From IMG/VR virus record IMGVR_UViG_2744054987_000003, positions 83,518 through 147,517 of that record: 64,000 nucleotides of DNA; one strand, given 5' to 3'. This document shows positions 55,497 to 63,170 of this stretch, in pieces; the stretch's first letter is position 1, and every line of letters begins with the position of its first letter. The stretch is from a virus. Lineage: Duplodnaviria > Caudoviricetes. The notes under the pieces were generated by a model. It had not been told where the DNA came from, did not search any database, and saw nothing but the letters and a program-made list of their open reading frames with translations. The position numbers and the translations under genes are program-made.

Positions 55497-57919
55497 ATCG
55501 GCTCTCTCCCGGTGACGTCACTGTACTGTTGCAAGAGATCGTCTAGAAGCTGTTTAGACTCCGGCGCGCCACCGTTCTGGATCTCGGGCCAGTCGGCCTG
55601 GATGTCGCGTTCGTGAGGGCTGTTGAGCATCTGGTAGAACGCTGGGTCCATCACCAAGTCTTCGACACGCGCCACACGGTGGCGGTCGGTGACCTCACGA
55701 CGGCGTACCGCGCGTTCCACGGTGTCTGCATCGACGTCGAACCGACTGCCGCGACTCGATGGTCCGGTTTCCAGCCAGGTCTTCTTGCGGATGGTGTCAC
55801 CGCTGCGTTTAGCGGCCCGCTTGCCCGTCTTTTTGGCAGCACGCGGCGCTCCAGCACGCATCTCATCGGAGACTTCCGGTCGGGCGTAGTTCGACGGCAG
55901 ATCAGCCGGGCCGAAAGAAGGCGCTTCTTGTTCTGGTTCGGGCATGGGCGGGGACGGGTCTAGAGATGCCGAGTCCGGTGCGGGCACCGACCCCTGGCCG
56001 GGTGGCAGTGGCGGCGGCAGCGCCCCGACCTGACCGGCCGGACTGGCGGCTTTGGCCTGATCTTCGAGCATCTTGGCTTGCGTTTCCGCCACCTCGGCAG
56101 CCGAGAGCTGCTGACGCAGCACCAGGGTCTCGTTGAGGTAGCTGATGAGATCCGGCGGGTAGGGCAGTTGACGTTCTGCGGGCAGGCGTCGATTCTTCTC
56201 GTCGATGACCTGCTTGGCCTTGCTCATCGCTTCGGCCTGCGCCACCAGCTTGTCGACGGTCTCCTCGGATTGACGCTTGAGTTCCATGTCGAAGTCAACC
56301 GGCAGGTTGATCGCCATCGACTTGTCCGAGACCGGAACGCCGGACTGCTTGAGTGTCATAATGAACTGCCGCTCGGTGGACTCGTCGCGCAGGTTCAGTG
56401 AATTGAACTTGACGTCGGGGATCAGCAGCTTGGGTGCGTTGACGACCTCATAGCGGCCGGTCATGGGGTTGTAACGCCGGACCTTGCGCCAGATCGGAAC
56501 CCGAAGGCTCCCCTTCTTCTCGTAGGCGTAGAACTGCTGCGCCTCGGCGACGACCTCCATGCGCTTGCGGATGTGGCGAATCACCTTGCGCTGAAAGTCT
56601 TTCATGTTCAGCTCGCACACTTCGCGGTTCAGTGCGCTGGAGGCATAGGTACCTGCCGCTGAGGTGCCGCCCATGATGAGGGCCTGCCCGATGCCCCATG
56701 CCTGCATCAGTTGTGCCTGGATGCGGTCGTAGTCCTGATCCAGACGCGGCATCGCCTCACGTCCGAACACGTTCTGGATCTGTAGGCCCATGTGGTGGGT
56801 CATCAGCTTGAAGTCGGCCATGAGTGCGGACTGCATGTCATCGCGCAGATCTTGCAGATCGCTCATCGAGGGAATCCACGGTTCGCCGTCGCCCATGTTC
56901 TCGATGCCGAGCGTGGCCAGAATGAACGGCGCGTAGAGGCGGTCAGCGACAGCGTCTTGGGCGGCGTTGAGGCTTTCTTCGGACAGCAGCGTGCTGAAGC
57001 TGCGCATCAGTGGCGGCACGCCCCGGTTGTCCCACGGACTGACGCGGTTGACGATACGGCTCCACAGGCCCTCGTCGATGTCGATGCCGTCGTCTTGGGT
57101 GGCTGCTGCGATCAGCTCGGGGTAGTGCTCCTTGAGCTGTTCGTAGTCGTGCATGCGTTGCATCTGCTCAGACTTGCTCTCGTTGGAGCTAGTCGGATTT
57201 CGCAGGCCCTCGACCATGTCCTTGACGAGCAGCTGGACACGCACCTCGTCGACGAACGGACTCTTGGTCACCCGGATCATGTCCGGGTTGAGGATCTCCT
57301 CAGACGTCCAGGTGCCCAGCTCCTCATCGAAGTGACCCAGCGCGGTCACTTCGCCGGAGATGAAGTATTCGCGCGCAAGACTGTTCGGCAAAAAGTCTTC
57401 GTAGTCGAGATCATCAAAGAACAGGCTTGAAAAAAAGTCCTCCACGGATTTGTCTTCGCAAGAGAACTCAAGCCCTGTCAATGGGAACCGCGAGTAGATG
57501 TCAATGAGCAGCGGTACAAGGTTGTGCGTCGCGTAGTAGGCACGAGACCACATCCGCGCCTTGGACAGCTCCTCGTCGTCGGAGATGTTGAATGGAACGC
57601 CTTTGTCGGCCAGTGTGCCCAGCGGCTCGCGTATCTTGGGCATCGCCAGCTGAAGATCGGCCCCGGTGCGCTGCATGTTGGCCAGTCGTGAGCGGCGCAT
57701 CTGCGCGGCAATGGATTTGGTGTCCTCAGCCAGCGACCCGTTGGTTACGGTGTCCTGCATTTTCTTGGCGGTCAGCCGTGCCTGTGTCGGCGACTTGGGC
57801 AGCGAAACACCGGCCTGACGCAGGCGATTCATCTCAGTCGTCAGGTTGGCAACCTGAAGTCCCGAGGCAGTGCGCCCACGCTTATCAACAATGCTGAAGC
57901 CAGGCTCTGATGAGGTCAC
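55487..57919 (-). CDS. Portal protein
   Basis: RAYYATHNLV..LIDIYSRFP, EYFISGE, PW..RGVP, PFILATLG, LMQAWGI. Confidence 0.82.
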   Translation of the reverse strand: MTSSEPGFSIVDKRGRTASGLQVANLTTEMNRLRQAGVSLPKSPTQARLTAKKMQDTVTNGSLAEDTKSIAAQMRRSRLANMQRTGADLQLAMPKIREPLGTLADKGVPFNISDDEELSKARMWSRAYYATHNLVPLLIDIYSRFPLTGLEFSCEDKSVEDFFSSLFFDDLDYEDFLPNSLAREYFISGEVTALGHFDEELGTWTSEEILNPDMIRVTKSPFVDEVRVQLLVKDMVEGLRNPTSSNESKSEQMQRMHDYEQLKEHYPELIAAATQDDGIDIDEGLWSRIVNRVSPWDNRGVPPLMRSFSTLLSEESLNAAQDAVADRLYAPFILATLGIENMGDGEPWIPSMSDLQDLRDDMQSALMADFKLMTHHMGLQIQNVFGREAMPRLDQDYDRIQAQLMQAWGIGQALIMGGTSAAGTYASSALNREVCELNMKDFQRKVIRHIRKRMEVVAEAQQFYAYEKKGSLRVPIWRKVRRYNPMTGRYEVVNAPKLLIPDVKFNSLNLRDESTERQFIMTLKQSGVPVSDKSMAINLPVDFDMELKRQSEETVDKLVAQAEAMSKAKQVIDEKNRRLPAERQLPYPPDLISYLNETLVLRQQLSAAEVAETQAKMLEDQAKAASPAGQVGALPPPLPPGQGSVPAPDSASLDPSPPMPEPEQEAPSFGPADLPSNYARPEVSDEMRAGAPRAAKKTGKRAAKRSGDTIRKKTWLETGPSSRGSRFDVDADTVERAVRRREVTDRHRVARVEDLVMDPAFYQMLNSPHERDIQADWPEIQNGGAPESKQLLDDLLQQYSDVTGREPIWA

Positions 57920-58308
57920 GAAGCAACCGGCTCTCGCTCATTCACCTTGGCCAAACACACCTCGGTGTAATGACCAACGCGGGGTGATTCTTCGCTGGCG
58001 GGTTCGTCGATGACGACCGTGAAGGTGGGATATACCGGTGTACCGCCGTGCTGGAAGTCCATGTCGATCTCGGTCACTGTGCCGATGCCGTCATAGATTT
58101 CACCAACGGTACGTGCTTCAACGCGATCGCCGACCTTGAACGGCACGGTCAGTGACAGAAATTCCATGGCGCGGATCATCGAGCCGAGCGGGGTCTTGTC
58201 ATCGACCACGCACTGTGCGCAGTAGCCGCGATCCAGTGATGGCTCGACGTAGAAGATTTCACGGATGCTCATGCACCCGAAGCACAACTTTGTGATGGTG
58301 TCTCCCAT
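57916..58308 (-). CDS. Hypothetical protein (Zn ribbon plus SH3-like)
   Basis: CFGC..CAQC; FKVGDRVEA. Confidence 0.7.
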   Translation of the reverse strand: MGDTITKLCFGCMSIREIFYVEPSLDRGYCAQCVVDDKTPLGSMIRAMEFLSLTVPFKVGDRVEARTVGEIYDGIGTVTEIDMDFQHGGTPVYPTFTVVIDEPASEESPRVGHYTEVCLAKVNEREPVAS

Positions 58309-58316
58309 TGCATCCT

Positions 58317-60992
58317 CTACTTACGTCGCGGACCCTTGTTCCACTTACCGTCGGGGTTACGGCGTGCCCAGTCGTCCGGTTGCTGCTTCATGGTCGAACG
58401 ACCGTCGTCCTCGCCGTCTTTGTCCTTGATCTCACCGGGCTTGGTGATGTCATGGATCGCCGACTCACGAGCGGTGTAGGCAACAGCGAACGCCTCGGCG
58501 AAGTCGCGCGACGACTCCTTCTCGTGCGAGCCGTCGTCGTTACCGTCCTCGCGGTCGGTCTCCTCCGGGTGATCGCAACCGCAGTCCTCGGCGCAGGCGT
58601 GACGGCTCGCCCCGAACTGACGCGGGTCGAAGGGATCAGTCTCGGGATTCCAATTCGCTCCCCTGTTGAAGTCTTCTTCTGGGACTCCAGCTGCCTCCAA
58701 TAACTCGCCGTCCTGGGGGTGGATGTGTCCGGCTGCGGCAAGGCCTTGCAGGTCCGACAATTCGCCGTAGCTGATGTCCTCGTTGCGGAGCTTGCCTCTC
58801 AGGTGCTCCAAGTAGCCCGGAATTTGATGGTCCGGCATGTCACCGAAGCTGGCCTCTGCCTTGCGACCGGCCACGATCACGTTGTCGCGCACCGGAACCT
58901 CGCGCACCAGATACTTGTCGGCGCTGGCTTCATGGCGGTCCCCGCCGGTGCCGATCACGTAGGCGTTCCATGCCTTACCGCACTTGCAGCGGTGGTAGTT
59001 GGTCGGCGTGGAGAACTTGCTGCCGCACGTGCAGGCGAACTTGTGCGGCGCGCTGGCTACGTGTGCGTCGAGGTGGTCGTCCCACTCCCAGCCCGCCACC
59101 TTGTGGTGAAAGTTCGGCTGGTCGGCTCCCCAGCCCATCCAAGCCTGCTTCCGAGCGCTAGCCGACTTGCGCTTCGGATGCGGGTAAATCTCGCCGGTCT
59201 CCCAGTCCTGCACCATCCCATTGCCCACATCGCTGTAGCCCCGGTTGTTGCGCTCGTGTTCTTCGGGCGTGATGTGCTGGTTGTTGTAGGTGTGGAAGTC
59301 ATCCGTGCTGTGGCGGTCAGCCCGTCGGGTGCCCGCCTTGCGGGCCTCAGCTTTTCCCTCGTTCTGTCCCGTCGTCAGGTGAGTCTTGAGCTTCTGTAGT
59401 GCTCGCGGCCCGACCTTGCGCTCATTGGCGAACTGGTCAAGATCAGCCTCCGAGCCAGTGGGCAGACCACCCATCTCGGGCAACTTTTTCTGCCAGTTTT
59501 CGTACTCGCTGATGACATCGGCTTTGCGGCGACGGGCCATCATCTGCTGACCTTGGTCCGGCGGCATCCCGCCACCGCCCATCATCGACGGGTCCATAGG
59601 AGGTGCGCCCCCACCCATCGACGGGTCACCGCCGCCCATGTTCGGGTCCATCGGCATTCCGCCACCGGAGGGATCACCACCGTCAGGTGCACCCTGCGGC
59701 TGACCGTCCGGTCCAGGAGGCATCACATTGATCGAGCCGCCCGGCATGACGTTGAACGGATTCGCGGCCTGCTGAGCCTGCTCGGCCTGCTGCACGATCT
59801 GAAGCGACTGCTGCAGCGGCGCGATCTGCTCCTGGAACTCCTCGGCGCGCTGGTTGAGCAAATTGGTCAGCGCCTCGTCGGCCTTCTGAAGGTAGTCGGG
59901 GGCGGCGATGCGATGCGCATTCGCTTCTCTGCCCGGATGATTCCAATCGTTGTCCATCCGAACTGCTTCATCATGACCAAGCCCGTATTGATGCTTGAGG
60001 TAATTGATGCGATCCTCTGGAGTTACGTCATCTCTACGCATCGCGTGTTCGTCGTACTTGCTTTCAGCCTTGCGCTGAATCGCCGAAACGATGGCGAAGT
60101 AGTCGTCATCGGAAACACGAGACCCCAACTTGTCCAGGGTTTTCAGCGTCGCGGGCTGGTTGTTCTTACGGCACCAGGAGGCGAACTTGGCCACGATCGG
60201 TGCAAGATTCTCCGATTCGTCGTAGAGTCCACCGCCGGTATAGGGGTTCACCGGGTTGTCGATGTGGTTGTCTTCTTCACCGATGCTGTGCTTGCCGAGG
60301 TCAAGAGGAGCGCCTCCCGGTGCGGCACTGCGCCGACGAGATTCGCGCACCGTGATGAAGTCGGTGTCGGCCGGGTCGCCGGTGTGCTCCTGTGGGTGCT
60401 CGCCCTCACTGAAGGCGTTGGAGTCGACCTTGGCCGGGCCGTCTTGATCCAGGCCGTCCTTGTAGCCGTGGAAGTCGCCCTCAGGGATCAGTGGCGCACC
60501 CTGGTCGGGCGAGAACGTAACGTCGTTGTCCATCGCCTTGACCGAGTCCTCGGCGGTGCGACGACGGGCGCTCTTGCTGCGGTGATCTTCGAGCCACTTC
60601 CTGGAGCGAGCAGCATCCTCAGCATCGACCGGTTCTCCATCATTAGGACTGGTACGCCAGCCCTCCTCGGAGGGCGTGGGCTTGCCCCCCAATGGGGTGT
60701 CGCCCTTGGCGGTCTTGAACTCACGCTCCAGGGTCTTGCAGACAAGGCGCATAGTGCCGGTGCGGGGGAACAGGTGCGGCTCGACGGTCTTGATCATGTC
60801 GTCTTTGCACAGCGCCACCCGGTCGCGGAAGTCAGCGACATCGGTGGCGGCGAACAGGAACGACCCCACCCGCTGTTTGACGTCATAGAGTGCCGCAGCC
60901 ATCTTGTCGGCAGCAACGCGCTGTTGGCGCTCAGCCTCGCCGGTCGATCCTGCTGCTGCTTCGAACAAACCGAAGGCGCTATCGCCCATCAT
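58317..60992 (-). CDS. Large modular head-region protein
   Basis: 891 aa; Q/P/G/M low-complexity block; CTCG..CKCG ribbon; basic-x-x-A linkers. Confidence 0.75.
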   Translation of the reverse strand: MMGDSAFGLFEAAAGSTGEAERQQRVAADKMAAALYDVKQRVGSFLFAATDVADFRDRVALCKDDMIKTVEPHLFPRTGTMRLVCKTLEREFKTAKGDTPLGGKPTPSEEGWRTSPNDGEPVDAEDAARSRKWLEDHRSKSARRRTAEDSVKAMDNDVTFSPDQGAPLIPEGDFHGYKDGLDQDGPAKVDSNAFSEGEHPQEHTGDPADTDFITVRESRRRSAAPGGAPLDLGKHSIGEEDNHIDNPVNPYTGGGLYDESENLAPIVAKFASWCRKNNQPATLKTLDKLGSRVSDDDYFAIVSAIQRKAESKYDEHAMRRDDVTPEDRINYLKHQYGLGHDEAVRMDNDWNHPGREANAHRIAAPDYLQKADEALTNLLNQRAEEFQEQIAPLQQSLQIVQQAEQAQQAANPFNVMPGGSINVMPPGPDGQPQGAPDGGDPSGGGMPMDPNMGGGDPSMGGGAPPMDPSMMGGGGMPPDQGQQMMARRRKADVISEYENWQKKLPEMGGLPTGSEADLDQFANERKVGPRALQKLKTHLTTGQNEGKAEARKAGTRRADRHSTDDFHTYNNQHITPEEHERNNRGYSDVGNGMVQDWETGEIYPHPKRKSASARKQAWMGWGADQPNFHHKVAGWEWDDHLDAHVASAPHKFACTCGSKFSTPTNYHRCKCGKAWNAYVIGTGGDRHEASADKYLVREVPVRDNVIVAGRKAEASFGDMPDHQIPGYLEHLRGKLRNEDISYGELSDLQGLAAAGHIHPQDGELLEAAGVPEEDFNRGANWNPETDPFDPRQFGASRHACAEDCGCDHPEETDREDGNDDGSHEKESSRDFAEAFAVAYTARESAIHDITKPGEIKDKDGEDDGRSTMKQQPDDWARRNPDGKWNKGPRRK

Positions 60993-61055
60993 CGACTCCC
61001 TGGTTCCAGTCGGTAACGAGGCGCTGCGCCTCTACTGATTGGGGTTTGAGGCACA

Positions 61056-61421
61056 TCAGCCACGACGAGACCTCTTCCAGCGCGCAGTGTTGTTTCGTTG
61101 ATAGGCGCGTTTCAGCGGAGCGCACAGCTCACATCGGCAGTTCCGCTTGCCGGTCAAACCGCCGCCGTGCTCGACACTGCGCTCACGACGAGACTTCTCT
61201 ATGTGGTGGGGTTCGCAGAGCAGCTGACACTTGGTCAGCTCGTTTCCATACCTCTCGATCGACACCGACCAGAGGTGGCCCAGATCGAATGACTTCGTGG
61301 CCGGGTCGATGTGGTCGATCTGAAGATTTTCAGTAGTGCCGCACTCAACGCATTGACCGCCGAGTTTGGCGATAGCGTTTGCGCGTCGCTCGCGGTAACG
61401 CCGACCCATGTAGTCGGCCAT
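61056..61421 (-). CDS. HNH endonuclease
   Basis: LGGQCVECG...LQIDHIDP...KCQLLCEPHH; C-terminal CRC..C. Confidence 0.88.
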   Translation of the reverse strand: MADYMGRRYRERRANAIAKLGGQCVECGTTENLQIDHIDPATKSFDLGHLWSVSIERYGNELTKCQLLCEPHHIEKSRRERSVEHGGGLTGKRNCRCELCAPLKRAYQRNNTARWKRSRRG

Positions 61422-61447
61422 GTATTCGTTGTAGGAAGTGCCACCCT

Positions 61448-61523
61448 TGGTGCCCCCGGCAGGACTCGAACCTGCGACATCTCGATTAAAAGTCGAGAGT
61501 TCTACCAACTGAACTACAGGGGC
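61448..61523 (-). tRNA. Phage tRNA-Lys(UUU)
   Basis: GCCCCTGTAGTTCAGTTGGTAGAACTCTCGACTTTTAATCGAGATGTCGCAGGTTCGAGTCCTGCCGGGGGCACCA. Confidence 0.95.
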
Positions 61524-61627
61524 GCTGTCGGTGCTCCCCAGACTACAGCCGTCGACATCACTTGACTGAGCTACGGAGGCAGCGACGACGCTACCAAACC
61601 TGCCGAGCTTGGCAGGCGTCGGCGGGG

Positions 61628-61816
61628 TCACTCAGTAGTCCTAGACCGTTGCCAGGCGTCGAAATCGACCCGGTTGATCACATAGGAACCGGTTGCTCCA
61701 GGGAGCTTGTGGGCCTTGAGCGCACCATGCGTAATCGCGTAACGGATGGTGCGCGCGGGACAACCCGATTCTTGTGAGGCTTGTGTGACTGAGAGGAGAG
61801 CGGGGGCGCTTGGCAC
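61628..61816 (-). CDS. Excisionase/Cro-like HTH protein
   Basis: LLSVTQAS...RTIRYAI..G.LKA.K...YVI.R.D (MerR-like Xis pattern). Confidence 0.8.
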   Translation of the reverse strand: MPSAPALLSVTQASQESGCPARTIRYAITHGALKAHKLPGATGSYVINRVDFDAWQRSRTTE

Positions 61817-61822
61817 ACGCCA

Positions 61823-61851
61823 AGTCTATGGCAGACGTAACAACTTGGCAA
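61823..61851 (-). promoter_or_regulatory. Leftward (lytic-side) promoter, leaderless
   Basis: TTGCCA-17nt-TAGACT-6nt-GTG. Confidence 0.7.
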
Positions 61852-61908
61852 CACCCGAAGTACAGCACACATCTAGAGCTTTGCTAGTAATCCGCGTTTA
61901 CTTCCGTA

Positions 61909-61937
61909 TTGCATTGTTGCCGAGTTAGGCATAGTAT
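61909..61937 (+). promoter_or_regulatory. Repressor promoter, leaderless
   Basis: TTGCAT-17nt-TAGTAT-7nt-ATG. Confidence 0.7.
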
Positions 61938-61944
61938 TCGTGAC

Positions 61945-62286
61945 ATGACCGCTGTATTTGAGACAGGAACGGTGCCGCCAATCGAAATCCGGCACCGCCT
62001 TCGCATTGCGCGCGAGTTCGCCGGTTTGGATCAAGGGGAGCTTGCGGAACAGATGGGCATCTCCCGCACCAGTGTGGGCAACTCCGAGACCGGCGCGACC
62101 AAACCGCGCCGCATCACCCTTAACGCCTGGGCGTTGGCGTGCGGTGTGCCGGTGAGTTGGATCATTTACGGAGATGTTCCCTACGGCCCGAATAACGACG
62201 GTGTGTGTGTCTCGGTCTGTGACGACGCTGAGTCGAAAACCGCTGGTAGGCGCGGTATTTCGGAACTGCGGATTAAAAGTCCGTAG
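61945..62286 (+). CDS. XRE-family immunity repressor
   Basis: RLRIAREFAGLDQGELAEQMGISRTSVGNSETG..P...WA..CGVPVSWI; 3' end runs into the tRNA-Lys sequence. Confidence 0.88.
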   Translation: MTAVFETGTVPPIEIRHRLRIAREFAGLDQGELAEQMGISRTSVGNSETGATKPRRITLNAWALACGVPVSWIIYGDVPYGPNNDGVCVSVCDDAESKTAGRRGISELRIKSP

Positions 62287-62310
62287 CTCTACCAACTGAG
62301 CTATAGGGGC
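62266..62310 (-). pseudogene. lysT: Host tRNA-Lys(UUU), 5' part only; prophage att junction
   Basis: GCCCCTATAGCTCAGTTGGTAGAGCTACGGACTTTTAATCCGCAG followed by non-tRNA sequence (no T arm or 3' acceptor strand). Confidence 0.88.
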
Positions 62311-62434
62311 CGTGCCGGGACAGAATACTGCCTCCCCGAACGGGCCCGCGTTTGAGGATTGGACCCGCCGTGCCCTAAGCTAGCGAAGCTCCCAACGTGA
62401 CCACGTTGCGAGCCCCCGGAGAGATTCGGTTCTG

Positions 62435-62507
62435 GCCCCCTTCGTCTAGCGGCCTAGGACGCCGCCCTTTCAAGGCGGTAGCGCGGGTTCGAATCCCGTA
62501 GGGGGTA
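62435..62507 (+). tRNA. gluT: Host tRNA-Glu(UUC)
   Basis: Canonical cloverleaf, CCGCC-CTTTCAA-GGCGG. Confidence 0.96.
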
Positions 62508-62540
62508 CTCGCACCGTAGTGACTACGGAGCGACGAGCAA

Positions 62541-62614
62541 GGCCCTGTGGCGCAGTTGGTTAGCGCGCCGCCCTGTCACGGCGGAGGTCGCGGGTTCAAG
62601 TCCCGTCAGGGTCG
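62541..62614 (+). tRNA. aspT: Host tRNA-Asp(GUC)
   Basis: CCGCC-CTGTCAC-GGCGG. Confidence 0.96.
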
Positions 62615-62643
62615 CTTTATGCGGCGAGGCACACGTGCCTTCC

Positions 62644-62720
62644 GGCCAGGTAGCTCAGTTGGTACGAGCGTCCGCCTGAAAAGCGGAAGGTCGCCGGTTC
62701 GATCCCGGCCCTGGCCACCA
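62644..62720 (+). tRNA. pheU: Host tRNA-Phe(GAA)
   Basis: TCCGC-CTGAAAA-GCGGA, encoded CCA. Confidence 0.96.
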
Positions 62721-62722
62721 GC

Positions 62723-62750
62723 GAAACCACCTGGTAGCAAGTGGTTTTTC
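62723..62750 (+). terminator. Terminator after host tRNA operon
   Basis: AAACCAC...GTGGTTT followed by TTC. Confidence 0.6.
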
Positions 62751-63170
62751 TCGTTTCTGGAGCGCTTCGAGAGAAGGTCTCGATGACCCACGTGGGGCCT
62801 AGTCCCAATCGGCAAGGGTCGGTTGGTGAGACTTCCGGGAAGACGCGACAGGTGTATGGCGCCCCTCTCCCGGTCGAAGCGGACTCACGCCCGGCTCTTG
62901 GCATCTCGCAGCGGCATCGGCGCTTGCGCCTCGCCGCTCCGTACCGGTGGTCGGCAGAGCCGGTCATGGAACAATGTGTCTGGCATTCCCGACCTGACAG
63001 GAAGGGATCGGTATGCGACAGCACCCAGCCGTCCGGGTGCAAGAAGCCCTGAGCTCGGGCCCGCTGTTTTACCGCCGCATGACTCGCAGGCCGAACGGCA
63101 GCAAGCACTGGATCCGCCGCGACCCCGAGAAGCCCAGCCTCAAGCGATTCGTCGAGGGGGAGCGGCGGCG

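Larger units (their letters stand above)
1..62265. mobile_element. Integrated myovirus prophage, right arm (continues left of window)
   Basis: Near-complete head/neck/sheath/tube/baseplate gene set and repressor cassette, ending at a truncated host tRNA-Lys; host tRNA-Glu/Asp/Phe cluster follows. Confidence 0.93.

Noticed and set aside
39521-61016. Long plus-strand ORFs (39521-40891, 46483-47823, 59553-61016)
   Set aside because: Antisense shadows of high-GC minus-strand genes, with no recognisable motifs
61422-61631. N-terminal extension of the HNH ORF
   Set aside because: It reads through the tRNA-Lys gene
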